Assembly (NCBI GenBank): GCA_963782055.1
Contig: CAWAIF010000003.1
Location: 5,536,001-5,600,000, forward strand
Origin: an uncultured delta proteobacterium
GTDB taxonomy: Bacteria; Myxococcota_A; Polyangia; Polyangiales; Polyangiaceae
Direction: 5' to 3'
Length of the DNA stretch: 64,000 nucleotides
Each line of letters begins with the position of its first letter. Position 1 is the first letter of the stretch. The notes below the pieces were generated by a model, which made no database searches, had not been told where the DNA came from, and worked only from the letters and a program-made list of their open reading frames with translations. Position numbers and translations under genes: made by a program. Positions 13,950 through 25,049 of this stretch are shown piece by piece.

Positions 13950-14001
13950 TCTACACGATGAGCGGACGCCGTATACTTTACGGCCCCAGTTTGGGCCGTG
14001 C

Positions 14002-15501
14002 TCAATTTGCGGTGATGGCGATCCCGATTTGCTTGCGAAGCCGCGCGTAGCGGTCGCTCGTCACGAAGGTGAGCAGGTCGTCCATCCGCTCGTCCACGTG
14101 AGCCTTGTCCTCCAGCTCGATCACCTTCTGGGCGGCGCGCAGATCGTTGGCCAGCAGCACGCCGGCGCGGGCGGCGGTCCGGTCCACCGCGGTGGCCCAG
14201 CGCTGCAGGTTGGTGCGGCCGCCCTCCTCCACGAAGCGCAGGAAATGCCCGCGGAGGCGGTCGATGGCCACCGGCTCCAGGATGGGCTCGATCGCCTTGG
14301 CGATGGGCACCACCACCTGCTTGGCGCGCTCGTTGAGAGGGATGCCGGGGTTGCCGATGCTCAGGGCGGCCAGGAAGATGTCCTCCAGGTCGGCGATGTT
14401 CGGGATGAGCGCGCGCATGAACGCCTGCTCGCGGTGGTAGGTCAGGTGCTTGCCCGCGAGGAAGGCGAGCTCCGCGGCGCTGCGACCGGAGAGTGCCTGC
14501 TGCCCCAGCTTGGTGGCAGGCGGCATGGCCGGCACCATCTCCGCGGTGCCCTCGAAGTCGGGGTCGGGGTACAGGTGCGGGGGGTTCATGCCGAGGATCG
14601 CGGCGGCCCACGAGAAGCAGCGCACCGCCTGGATGGTGGAGGTGGCGGGGTCCTGCCGCTTCTCCGGGTCCAGCTTGGGGAGCTGCTTGTCGCGCCGCAG
14701 GGCGGAGAGGCGGCCGATGAGGACGGCCGGGCTGACGACCGCGAAGATCTCCCCCACGAGAGGCTCCTCGTCGGGGTGGAGCAAGAGGCGTGTCCACGCG
14801 TCGGCGGTCAGCGACGCCTTCGGCTGGATGAGCGCGGTCGGGCGGTGCTGGGTGAAGAGCGCGCGCTCGTTCTCCTGCTCCGCGCCGAGGAACACCAGCG
14901 CTTCGGCGACGCAGAACTGCCGGTCGAGATCCTTGGAGCGCTCGTAGACGCGGTAGAGCGCGTGGAGGCTCACCTCGTCGCGCGGGTCGTGGCGCAGCCG
15001 CCGCTGGAGCTCGATCGGATCGTCCTCCGGCACCTGCTTGGCGGGCGGCGCCACGTCGGAGAGGTCCACCTCCACCGAGACCTGCGAGCGCGCCTCCTCC
15101 AGCTGCTGCTGGAGCTCGGTGACCCGTGCCTCCAGGAACTGGATGCGCCGCTGCAGCGCGAGCGTCCGCTGATCGGTGGCGGGCTGGAGGGGCTGGAGCG
15201 AGGCGCGCGGCCCCTCCTTGTCCTCCTCGCTCTCGTACATCTCCTTGATGACGACCTGGTGCCGCGCCTCCCACGCGGCCTGAAGGGCCTGCTCCAGGCG
15301 GCGGAGGCGCTCCTTGTCCAGACCGAGCGATTCGGCCATGCGGTCGAGCTGCTGCCGCTCTTCCTGCGTGATGATGCCGTCCTCGATGACCTCGGCGAAG
15401 AGCTCCTCGTACATCATCTCCAGCTTGCCGAGGCGCAGGTTGCCCGTGACCTCGCCGCGCTCGAACGATTCTGCGTGCTCGAACTCCTGGGTTTCGCTCA
15501 T
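14002..15501 (-). CDS. Hypothetical protein: TerB-like N-terminus, coiled coil, TPR-like helix and myxobacterial C-terminal domain
   Basis: EDGIITQEERQQL; LQRRIQFLEARVTELQQQLEE coil; ELAFLAGKHL and RW..AVDRTAARAG.LL..DL. Strong codon bias. Confidence 0.75.
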   Translation of the reverse strand: MSETQEFEHAESFERGEVTGNLRLGKLEMMYEELFAEVIEDGIITQEERQQLDRMAESLGLDKERLRRLEQALQAAWEARHQVVIKEMYESEEDKEGPRASLQPLQPATDQRTLALQRRIQFLEARVTELQQQLEEARSQVSVEVDLSDVAPPAKQVPEDDPIELQRRLRHDPRDEVSLHALYRVYERSKDLDRQFCVAEALVFLGAEQENERALFTQHRPTALIQPKASLTADAWTRLLLHPDEEPLVGEIFAVVSPAVLIGRLSALRRDKQLPKLDPEKRQDPATSTIQAVRCFSWAAAILGMNPPHLYPDPDFEGTAEMVPAMPPATKLGQQALSGRSAAELAFLAGKHLTYHREQAFMRALIPNIADLEDIFLAALSIGNPGIPLNERAKQVVVPIAKAIEPILEPVAIDRLRGHFLRFVEEGGRTNLQRWATAVDRTAARAGVLLANDLRAAQKVIELEDKAHVDERMDDLLTFVTSDRYARLRKQIGIAITAN

Positions 15502-15609
15502 GGGCGGAAGTGTCTCAGGCCCAAAAGGAGGGCACAAGCCCCGGCTTTTCCCCGTCCGGCACCCCGGGTTCACCTTGGCGTCACATTCCGCGCATAGCGT
15601 CATCCTTCG

Positions 15610-16299
15610 ATGGCGCGGATCCTGGTCATCGAGGACGAGAAGGACCTGCAGCAGGTCCTCGCCTACAACCTTCGCGCGGCGGGCCATGACGTGCTGACGG
15701 CCGGCGAGGGCGTCGAGGGCCTGCGGCTCGCGCGCGAGCACCGGCCGGACCTGGTGCTGCTCGACCTCATGCTCCCCGACATGCCGGGCACCGAGATTTG
15801 CCGCACCCTGAAGCGCGAGCCCGGCACGCACGACTGCGCGGTGGTGATGGTGACCGCCAAGGGCGAAGAGATCGATCGCGTCGTCGGCTTCGAGCTGGGC
15901 GCGGACGACTACGTGGTCAAGCCCTTCAGCGTGCGCGAGCTGTTGCTGCGCGTGCAGGCCATCCTGCGGCGGAGCTGGACCGACACGCCCGCGGCGCCCG
16001 TCTTCGAGTTCGGCTTCCTTCGCGTCGACCGGGACGCCCACCGCGTGTGGGTGCACGGCAAGGAGATCGAGCTCACCGCGCTGGAGTTCAAGCTCCTCTC
16101 CACGCTGCACGACAGGCGCAACCGGGTGCAGACGCGCGGCACGCTCCTGAGCGACGTCTGGGGCATCGACGCCGACATCACGACGCGCACGGTGGACACG
16201 CACGTCAAGCGCCTGCGCGAGAAGCTCGGGGACGCGGGCGACTACATCGAGACGGTGCGCGGAGTGGGCTACCGCTTCGCCGACGAGCCGCCGCGGTGA
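15610..16299 (+). CDS. OmpR/PhoB-family response regulator
   Basis: IEDE, DLMLP, TAK, GADDYVVKPF and wHTH RTVDTHVKRLREKL..IETVRGVGY. Confidence 0.95.
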   Translation: MARILVIEDEKDLQQVLAYNLRAAGHDVLTAGEGVEGLRLAREHRPDLVLLDLMLPDMPGTEICRTLKREPGTHDCAVVMVTAKGEEIDRVVGFELGADDYVVKPFSVRELLLRVQAILRRSWTDTPAAPVFEFGFLRVDRDAHRVWVHGKEIELTALEFKLLSTLHDRRNRVQTRGTLLSDVWGIDADITTRTVDTHVKRLREKLGDAGDYIETVRGVGYRFADEPPR

Positions 16300-16309
16300 C
16301 CGGCGCGCG

Positions 16310-16648
16310 TCACGGCGCCGCCGTCACGTCGAAGTGGTAGGTGTCGCTCTCGCCGTCGACCGTCGTGAGGCTCACGCACAGGTGGTACGTGCGCGCCTCC
16401 TTCGGCGTGAAGGTGATCTGCCCCTCCCGCGCGACCGCGAAGCCGCTCGCCGCGTCGTCCCCGCACGCGATGAACCAGAAGGAGTCCTCCGGGACCTTGG
16501 TGAGGCGCACCTTGCCCAGCGCGTTGTACTCGTACGGCTTGCCGACCTGGGCTTTCGGGCTCGCGTCGTGGGTGATCGTGCCTTGCGGCATCTTGCGGCA
16601 ACCGCCGGCGAGGGCGAGGACCACGACCGCGAGCGCCACGCGCCTCAC
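16310..16648 (-). CDS. Small hypothetical lipoprotein (Ig-like)
   Basis: GTG start overlapping the cytochrome c stop; LAGGC lipobox; beta-rich sequence. Confidence 0.65.
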   Translation of the reverse strand: MRRVALAVVVLALAGGCRKMPQGTITHDASPKAQVGKPYEYNALGKVRLTKVPEDSFWFIACGDDAASGFAVAREGQITFTPKEARTYHLCVSLTTVDGESDTYHFDVTAAP

Positions 16649-17061
16649 GAGCCGAACCCCCGCACGATGGTGACCAGCGCGCTGACGACGTCGGGCTCGT
16701 CGGCCAGGTCGGGGTTGGGGGGCATGAGCGGGCTCTTCTTCACGCCGGGGCCTCCCTTCACGATGGCCGTCTGGATCTCGGCGTCGGCGGTCGCCTTCTG
16801 CCAGGCGTGATCGGTGAAGTCGCGCGGCTTCGGGTCGAGCGTGCCGGACGACGGGCCGTCGCCCTTGCCGGAGGAGCCGTGGCACATCATGCAGCGCTGA
16901 TCGAAGATGCGGCGCGCCTCCTGGTCGGCGGGGACGGCCGAGGCGGCGCCGACGATCGCCGTCGCGGGCGGCGACGTCGCCGCGGCGGTGGCGCCAGGAG
17001 GGGGCTCCCCCTGCGGCCTGCTGCAGGCGACGACCAGCCCGGCGGCGGCGAGGGCCGCCAT
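16645..17061 (-). CDS. Monoheme cytochrome c lipoprotein
   Basis: VVAC lipobox, CMMCH, GKGDGP..PKPRDF and MPP axial Met. Alternative start at 17097. Confidence 0.88.
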   Translation of the reverse strand: MAALAAAGLVVACSRPQGEPPPGATAAATSPPATAIVGAASAVPADQEARRIFDQRCMMCHGSSGKGDGPSSGTLDPKPRDFTDHAWQKATADAEIQTAIVKGGPGVKKSPLMPPNPDLADEPDVVSALVTIVRGFGS

Positions 17062-17071
17062 CACGAGGCGT

Positions 17072-17839
17072 TCAGGGCGCCGGCGGCGTCGCCGCATGCT
17101 CCACCGCCGAGGCCGTGGTGGCCGGAGGCGGGGGTGTGGTGGGGGCCGCGCCCGCGTGAGCGGCGTGGCCCTCCGGCGGGGGCGGCGGGGCCGCGTGCGT
17201 CGGGGCAGCCGTGGTGCCCGGGGCGGGGGCGTTCGTCGGCGCGGCGCCGCTGTTGGCCGGCGCGGTGTCGGTGGGGGTCGCGCTCTGCGTGGGCGCGGCG
17301 CTCTCGCCCGGGGCGGCGCTGCCTCCCGGGGCGGCGCTCCCGGCCGGCGCGGCCGACCCCTTCGGCGCGGCGGACCCCTTCGGCGCGGCGGACGTCGCGG
17401 CCTCGGTGGACCCCTCCGGCTTGATGGGGTTGACCCAGCTCCCCGGCGCCTGGTCGCCCGACTGGAGCTCCACGCGCGCGCCGCTCTGGGTGTCCAGCGC
17501 GGTGCGGTAGTTGGTGTCGTCCATCGTCAGGGCGAAGAAGACGCCGATGAAGGCGATCGCCGAGATCAGGATGAGGGAGTAGAACTTGTTGTCGTCCTTC
17601 AGGTGCATGAAGAACGTGCACACCAGCGACGCCTTCATCGAGGCGATGATCACCGCGACGGCCAGGTTGGCGCGGCCGAGCGGCACGTACGCCGCCGCCG
17701 AGGTGGTGACGGTCAGGACGATGAGCGCCAGGAACACCGCAATGTACATGCGGTAGCCGTGGACGTGGACGTGTACGGCGCCGTCGTCGTGGTGCGCGTG
17801 GTGCGCGTGCTGCTCCGGCTTCGTCGTGGTGGCGGCCAT
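17072..17839 (-). CDS. coxD: Cytochrome c oxidase subunit IV (caa3 type) with a long Pro/Ala/Ser-rich tail
   Basis: YIAVFLALIVLT, IASMKASLV..FFMHLK; three TM helices; position in the cox operon. Confidence 0.88.
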   Translation of the reverse strand: MAATTTKPEQHAHHAHHDDGAVHVHVHGYRMYIAVFLALIVLTVTTSAAAYVPLGRANLAVAVIIASMKASLVCTFFMHLKDDNKFYSLILISAIAFIGVFFALTMDDTNYRTALDTQSGARVELQSGDQAPGSWVNPIKPEGSTEAATSAAPKGSAAPKGSAAPAGSAAPGGSAAPGESAAPTQSATPTDTAPANSGAAPTNAPAPGTTAAPTHAAPPPPPEGHAAHAGAAPTTPPPPATTASAVEHAATPPAP

Positions 17840-17841
17840 GT

Positions 17842-18570
17842 TCAGACCTTGTCGATGAGGTACATCATCGGGAAGAGGTAGATCCAGACGAGGTCGACCA
17901 GGTGCCAGTAGAGCGCCGTGTTGTCGACCGCGGTGAAGTACTCCTTGGAGAAGTCCCCGCGCATGTTGCGGCGCAGGATCCAGAGCCAGACGCCGATCCC
18001 GACGATGACGTGCAGCGCGTGGATGCCCGTCATCACGAAGTACAGCGAGAAGAAGACGTGGGAGTGGGGCGGCAGCTCGCCGGCGTGGGAGTGCCCACCG
18101 ACGAGAGGCTGGAAGGTGAGGATGTCGCGCGGGGTGCCGAAGTAGCTCCCCGGCAGCAGCCCGTGCTCGAACTTCACCCGGTACTCGAAGAACTTCACGA
18201 CGAGGAAGGTGATGGCGCAGACGATGGTGATGACGATCCAGATGTTCGTCTCGCTCCGCTTGTTGAGCTGCGCGGAGCGCACCGCCAGGGCGGCCGTGAG
18301 GCTGGAGAAGAGCAGCACGCAGGTGTTGCTCGCGCCGATGACGCGGTTCAGCTCGTGGGAGCCCTCGGCGAAGGCGTCGGGGTACCAGGTGCGGAAGATC
18401 GCGTAGGCGACGAAGAGACCGCTGAAGAACAGCAGCTCCTGGGCGAGGAACGCCCACATCCCCATCTTGGCCGCGTCGAACTGCTGCGCGGGGGTGTCGA
18501 AGTGGTGCTGGAGCCACTTCTTGTCGTGACCGTGCTCGGCGTGCGCCGCGCCTTCTGTGCCCGTACTCAT
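17842..18570 (-). CDS. coxC: Cytochrome c oxidase subunit III
   Basis: GMWAFLAQELLFF, MTGIHALHV and LYWHLVDLVW. Confidence 0.93.
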   Translation of the reverse strand: MSTGTEGAAHAEHGHDKKWLQHHFDTPAQQFDAAKMGMWAFLAQELLFFSGLFVAYAIFRTWYPDAFAEGSHELNRVIGASNTCVLLFSSLTAALAVRSAQLNKRSETNIWIVITIVCAITFLVVKFFEYRVKFEHGLLPGSYFGTPRDILTFQPLVGGHSHAGELPPHSHVFFSLYFVMTGIHALHVIVGIGVWLWILRRNMRGDFSKEYFTAVDNTALYWHLVDLVWIYLFPMMYLIDKV

Positions 18571-18577
18571 GGGTGTC

Positions 18578-20227
<1,650 letters not shown>

Positions 20228-20267
20228 CTCGAGATGCTCCTTGGTACTGCCTATCCGCGGCCGCTCT

Positions 20268-21281
20268 CTACTTGAGCGTCTTCATGTAAGCGATGATCGC
20301 GTCGATCTGCTTGTCCGAGAGCTTGAAGGGCGGCATGACGGGGGTGAAGCCGGCGACCACCTTGGCGTTCGGGTTGGCGATGGACTCGTGGACGTAGTTC
20401 TCGTCGGCGATGGTCTGGCCCACGCCGCCGGAGAGGCCGGCGTTGAGCGTGACGCTGCTGCCGAACATGCCCTTCCACGTCGGCCCGGTCCCCTTGGAGC
20501 CGTCGGTGGTGTGGCAGGTGATGCAGGCGTTCTCCTTGTAGAGCTGCTTGCCCCACTGCGCGTCCGTCAGGCCGGCCGGCTTGGCGGGGCCCTCCTTCAT
20601 GCGCTTCTCGAACTCCTCCTCCGTGACGATGTGGATCATGCCCATCATCGCGGAGTGACCGCCGTGGGGCGCGCCCTCGAAGGCCGGCTCGGGGTAGCCG
20701 AGCGGGGCGCCGCAGTACTCCGCGCAGTAGACCGGCGTGTCGCCCAGCGAGGTGGGGGTGAACACCATCGTCGTGTACATGCCCGGCACGGCGTCCTTCT
20801 TGGTGCGCGCCCCCGGCACGTAGAAGGAGTGGATGACGTCCGCCGAGGAGATGACGAACTTCACCTGCTTGTTCACCGGCAGGTACAGCTGGCTGTTGGA
20901 GGCCTGCCCGTTCGGGTACGTGAAGGACCAGAACCACTTCTGCCCGCGCACCTGGATCTGCAGGGCGTCGTCGGAGGCGATCGTCTGGCCCAGGTAGGCT
21001 TTGAAGCCCACGTGGAACAGCCAGATGATGAAGAAGATCGGGATGACGGTCCACGCGATCTCCAGGCGCGGCAGGTGCGGCGTCTCGATGCGCTTGTCCC
21101 CCGGCTTCCGCTTGTTCTTCTTCACCCAGTAGAGCATCAGCCCGGTGATGACGATGGTGAAGAAGACGCTGAACCAGAAGAGGAAGTTGTAGAGCCAGTC
21201 GATCTGCGGCGCCTCCGACGTCATCGCGGGAGGCAGGTCGAAGGCGGCAGGCTTCGGTGAGAAAAGGAGGCTGCTGATCAT
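20268..21281 (-). CDS. coxB: Cytochrome c oxidase subunit II with fused C-terminal cytochrome c
   Basis: LEIAWT, DVIHSF, CAEYCG...HSAM CuA site; CITCH heme motif and MPPF. Confidence 0.95.
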   Translation of the reverse strand: MISSLLFSPKPAAFDLPPAMTSEAPQIDWLYNFLFWFSVFFTIVITGLMLYWVKKNKRKPGDKRIETPHLPRLEIAWTVIPIFFIIWLFHVGFKAYLGQTIASDDALQIQVRGQKWFWSFTYPNGQASNSQLYLPVNKQVKFVISSADVIHSFYVPGARTKKDAVPGMYTTMVFTPTSLGDTPVYCAEYCGAPLGYPEPAFEGAPHGGHSAMMGMIHIVTEEEFEKRMKEGPAKPAGLTDAQWGKQLYKENACITCHTTDGSKGTGPTWKGMFGSSVTLNAGLSGGVGQTIADENYVHESIANPNAKVVAGFTPVMPPFKLSDKQIDAIIAYMKTLK

Positions 21282-22261
21282 GCGCTTCTCGTGATGGGGT
21301 CGTCGCCCCCTGCGCCGGGTGCCGGCGAGGGTGCGTCCTTCTGCTTCTTCTTCTTCTTGCCGCGGTCTCGCGCCCAGAGGAGGGCGAGGAAGCCGCCGAA
21401 CACGACCAGCGTCACCGCTCCGGCGAGCTGCATGACGTGCATGGCAAAGAGCGAGTACTTACGGCCCTGCGGATCGTAGTGGTAGCAATACAGGATGATC
21501 TTATCGACCGTCGTGATCGACTTGCCCTGCGAGGCCTCCAGCAGGCCGAGGCGCATGTCGTTGGGCGAGTACTCGATGCCGTAGAGGTAACGGGCGATCT
21601 TCCCGTTCGGCTTCACCAGCATGATGGCCGAGGGGTGAGCGTACTGCCCCTGCGCCTCGTCGTAGTGGTACTTCCAGCCCACCGCCTTGGTCACTTCGTG
21701 GATCTGGTCGTCGTGGCCGACGAGGAAGTGCCAGCCCGCGGCGGCGCCGGGGCGACCGTAGCTGCCGATCAGCTCCTTCTTCTTGTCGGAGGCGACCTTC
21801 ACCGTGTCGCGCGGGTCGAAGCTCAGGGTGATGACCGTGAACTCCTTGCCGATGGTCCAGGGGATCTGCTTCAGGCCGTCGACCACCGCCTTCTGCACCA
21901 GGCTGCAGAGCACCGGGCACGAGTGGTAGGCGAGCACCAGCAGCACGGGGCGCTTGCCGTCGAAGAGGTCGCCCAGGCGCACGGCCTTGCCCGTGTCGTC
22001 CTGGAACATCGCGTCCATCGGGAGCTGGCCGTCGAGGTGCTCGTCGATGCCGATGTCGTTGAGCAGCGGCGGGACGTAGTTGTTGGCGCTCGCCGGGGTA
22101 GGCCCCCCGCCGACGGTGGGCACCTGGGCGTGCGCAGGCACGGAGAAGCCCAGGACGATCGCGACCGCGACCGCCATGAAGCTCCACCAGATTGCCCGCA
22201 CGTGAATCATTCTTTCAGGGTCCTGCATCATGCGGCGGAGTGTGGGGCACGCCCCCCGCAT
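21278..22261 (-). CDS. SCO1/SenC copper chaperone
   Basis: CPVLC, SFDPRDT, YAHPS and RYLYGI; C-terminal TM. Start uncertain (22178-22261). Confidence 0.9.
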   Translation of the reverse strand: MRGACPTLRRMMQDPERMIHVRAIWWSFMAVAVAIVLGFSVPAHAQVPTVGGGPTPASANNYVPPLLNDIGIDEHLDGQLPMDAMFQDDTGKAVRLGDLFDGKRPVLLVLAYHSCPVLCSLVQKAVVDGLKQIPWTIGKEFTVITLSFDPRDTVKVASDKKKELIGSYGRPGAAAGWHFLVGHDDQIHEVTKAVGWKYHYDEAQGQYAHPSAIMLVKPNGKIARYLYGIEYSPNDMRLGLLEASQGKSITTVDKIILYCYHYDPQGRKYSLFAMHVMQLAGAVTLVVFGGFLALLWARDRGKKKKKQKDAPSPAPGAGGDDPITRSA

Positions 22262-22781
22262 CGACCACCGTCACCGTGGATTTTCCAGCGTCCGCCGCCA
22301 TCGGGGCGATCGTGTGCATCGGCGCGGCACCCGCGTCGGCCATCTCGGGCATCGCGCCCGCGTCCGCCGCCATCGTCCCGCCGTCGGTCATGAGCTCGCC
22401 GCCGTCGCCCATCTCCTCGGCGCCCCCGTCGGGCATGATCTGAGGCGGCAGGTGGACGTGGTGCTTGCGCTGCACCCACCCCTCGAGCGGGGCGATGTCG
22501 TCGGAGGGGCGCGGCTCGACGGCCTCGTCGTAGCCACGGCCCTTGGACGCGAGCTGCTGCATCGCCACGTCGATGGGCACCGGGCTCTGCGTGAGGTGCT
22601 TCTCCTCCTCCGCCCGCGTCCGATCGCGCTGCGTGGTGTCCGGGAGCAGCGTGTGCTCGTAGCTCTCGGTCATGTCCAGGTAGTACGAGCCCAGGATGAA
22701 CTTGACCGCCACGAGCAGGAAGATCGCCAGGAGGCCGATCGTGAACAGCATCCGGGTCTTGGGCTGGGTGTTTTCGACCAT
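22215..22781 (-). CDS. Hypothetical single-TM protein between actF and SCO
   Basis: N-terminal TM, PIDVAMQQLA motif and DAG-rich tail; closely spaced within the operon. Confidence 0.75.
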   Translation of the reverse strand: MVENTQPKTRMLFTIGLLAIFLLVAVKFILGSYYLDMTESYEHTLLPDTTQRDRTRAEEEKHLTQSPVPIDVAMQQLASKGRGYDEAVEPRPSDDIAPLEGWVQRKHHVHLPPQIMPDGGAEEMGDGGELMTDGGTMAADAGAMPEMADAGAAPMHTIAPMAADAGKSTVTVVDAGGVPHTPPHDAGP

Positions 22782-22794
22782 CGGTCCGTCCGTC

Positions 22795-24444
22795 TCACGC
22801 GTTCTGGAAGTGCAGCGACCGGTCTAGCCGCGGGTCGCCGATGGGGATGATGGCCTGGCGCGTCATCGTCCAGAAGACGAGCGCGAGATACAGGCCAACG
22901 GGGCCCATCAGGCAGAAGAGGTCCATCCAGTGGATGCTGAACGTCGTCTGGTGCGGGACGTTCGGCATGACCAGCCAGTAGATGTCCACGATGTGCAGGC
23001 AGAGGAGCATGATCGCGCCCCACTTCAGCGTGCTCAGGTTGCGCTTGATGTTGCGCGACATGATGAAGACGAAGGGCACGAGGAAGTGGAGGAAGATGAT
23101 GAGCAGGCTGATCGTCTTCCAGGGGCCGACGTCCCACCGGTGGTGGAAGAAGGTCGTCTCCTCCGGGAGCGCCGCGTACCAGATGAGCATGAACTGCGAG
23201 AAGCAGACGTACGCCCAGAAGCACATGAAGCCGAAGAGCAGCTTGCCGAGGTCGTGGTAGTGCTCGACGTTCACCTCCTTGGTGAGGAGGTTGTCCTGGC
23301 GCATCGAGAGGAAGGTGAGGATGAGCAGGGCGTTGATGACCATCGCCGCGCCCGACCAGAAGGTCACCCCGAAGATCGTCGAGTACCAGGAGGGCTCGAG
23401 CGACATGATCCAGTCGAAGGCGGCGAAGGTCATCGAGAAGGCGAGGAGCACCAGGCCGGGCGCGGAGAAGCGCTGCAGCCTCTTGGTGACCATCGGGTCC
23501 TTGGAGCGATCCTGCCCCACGGAGGTGCGAAAGAGGAAGGTGCCGAGGAGGATCCACACCCCGAGGTAGATCACCATGCGGCCGTAGAAGAAGCCGCGAC
23601 GCAGCCACCACGTCTTCGACTTCATCACCTCTTCGTGGTGGACCTCCTCCGGGGAGGGACGGCGGTGGTGCACGGCGCCGCGAACGCCGAGGCCGCCGAG
23701 CGCCGCCGGGACGTGGTCCGCCCTGTTGGGCGGGAACCCGCGGCCCATGCCGCGGGGCTGGATGTCGTTGGCGGCGAGCTCGGCCGAGGAGGGAGTCTCG
23801 TCGGCGGCCGCCGTGGCGCGATCGGGTGAGGATGCGTCCAGCGCGGCGTGCTCGCTCTCGCCGGGCACCGTCAGGTTCGGCTCGGTGGTCTTCAGCCAGG
23901 CGCCGAAGAGGGTGTTGGACGTGAGGACGACCGGAATGATGAGCACGACCAGGATGGGCGTGGCGGCGGCGAAGCACTCGGCGGTGCGACGCACCGTCAC
24001 GCTCCAGCCCGCGGAGCTGAGGTGCTGGATGATGACCCAGAAGATGGCGCCGAGCGCGAAGGTCACCGCGACGAGGAAGCCGAACAGCCAGGCGTAGGCG
24101 AAGCGCACCGGGTCGCGCGCGTAGCCGGCGGCGGCGCCGACGAGGCCGACGGCCCCGATGCCCGCCCACACCTTCCACACGTTGGCCCACTTGTGGCTCG
24201 CCGGCAGGACGTAATCGTCCCCTTCCTTCTTCTTCTTCGGCTTCTCCGACTTGCCGCCTTCGCCCTTCTTGGCGGACTTCTCGGACTTGGCCTCCGACTT
24301 CTTCTCGCCCTTGGCCTCTTCCGACTTCTTCTCGGACTTGGCCTCCGACTTCTTCTCGGACTTGGCCTCCGACTTCTTCTCGGACTTGGCCTCGCCCTCG
24401 GCGGCGCCCTTCTTGGCCTTCTTCTCGTCTTTTTCGTCGCTCAC
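22795..24444 (-). CDS. actF: Alternative complex III subunit F
   Basis: AGWSVTVRR, FAAFDWIMSLEPSWYSTIFG, HDLGK and SQFMLIWYA.LPEE; about 10 TM; GTGA overlap with actE. Confidence 0.92.
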   Translation of the reverse strand: MSDEKDEKKAKKGAAEGEAKSEKKSEAKSEKKSEAKSEKKSEEAKGEKKSEAKSEKSAKKGEGGKSEKPKKKKEGDDYVLPASHKWANVWKVWAGIGAVGLVGAAAGYARDPVRFAYAWLFGFLVAVTFALGAIFWVIIQHLSSAGWSVTVRRTAECFAAATPILVVLIIPVVLTSNTLFGAWLKTTEPNLTVPGESEHAALDASSPDRATAAADETPSSAELAANDIQPRGMGRGFPPNRADHVPAALGGLGVRGAVHHRRPSPEEVHHEEVMKSKTWWLRRGFFYGRMVIYLGVWILLGTFLFRTSVGQDRSKDPMVTKRLQRFSAPGLVLLAFSMTFAAFDWIMSLEPSWYSTIFGVTFWSGAAMVINALLILTFLSMRQDNLLTKEVNVEHYHDLGKLLFGFMCFWAYVCFSQFMLIWYAALPEETTFFHHRWDVGPWKTISLLIIFLHFLVPFVFIMSRNIKRNLSTLKWGAIMLLCLHIVDIYWLVMPNVPHQTTFSIHWMDLFCLMGPVGLYLALVFWTMTRQAIIPIGDPRLDRSLHFQNA

Positions 24445-25049
24445 GGCTTCTTCTCCGGGGCAACATTCGCCTGGCTGATCTGGAGCGCGCGGACGTACGC
24501 CACGATCGCCCAGCGGTCGTCGGTGGGGACCTGCGGGCCATACGCGGGCATGTTGCGCACGCCGTTCTCGATGGTCGCGAAGATCTGCCCGTCGGGCATG
24601 TGGCGGATCCGATCCTGGTGGTAGGTGGGCGGCTGCGTCATGCCGCGCTGGACCGCGAGGCCGTGGCCGTCGCCGTCCAGCCCGTGGCACACCGAGCAGT
24701 AGATCCCGAAGCGCTCCTTGCCGCGGGCGAGCATGCGGTCCATCCCGCCGAAGTGGTCGACCATCTCCTGCGGGATGGTGAGGACATAGCCCGTCTTGTC
24801 GGGCAGCCGCCCGTGGGCGATGCGCGGGTCGATTTCCTCCTCGCGGGCGATGGTGCCGGCGACCGGCTGGCGCATGTTGCGCTCGTCGGCAAAGAAGGTG
24901 TTCCCCTGCTGCATCGAGTACTTCGGCTGGTGGTACATGTTGCGGATCCAGGTGATCGGCGGCTTGTCCGATGTCTGGCCGCGACACGCGGCGAGCACGG
25001 AGGCGAACCCGATGGCCCCTCCGAGCACGAGCAGGTGGCGAGCGCTCAC
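24441..25049 (-). CDS. actE: Alternative complex III monoheme lipoprotein subunit E
   Basis: LAAC lipobox, MYHQPK, MRQPVAGT, CSVCH, MPAY and DRWAIVAYVRALQ. Confidence 0.92.
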   Translation of the reverse strand: MSARHLLVLGGAIGFASVLAACRGQTSDKPPITWIRNMYHQPKYSMQQGNTFFADERNMRQPVAGTIAREEEIDPRIAHGRLPDKTGYVLTIPQEMVDHFGGMDRMLARGKERFGIYCSVCHGLDGDGHGLAVQRGMTQPPTYHQDRIRHMPDGQIFATIENGVRNMPAYGPQVPTDDRWAIVAYVRALQISQANVAPEKKP

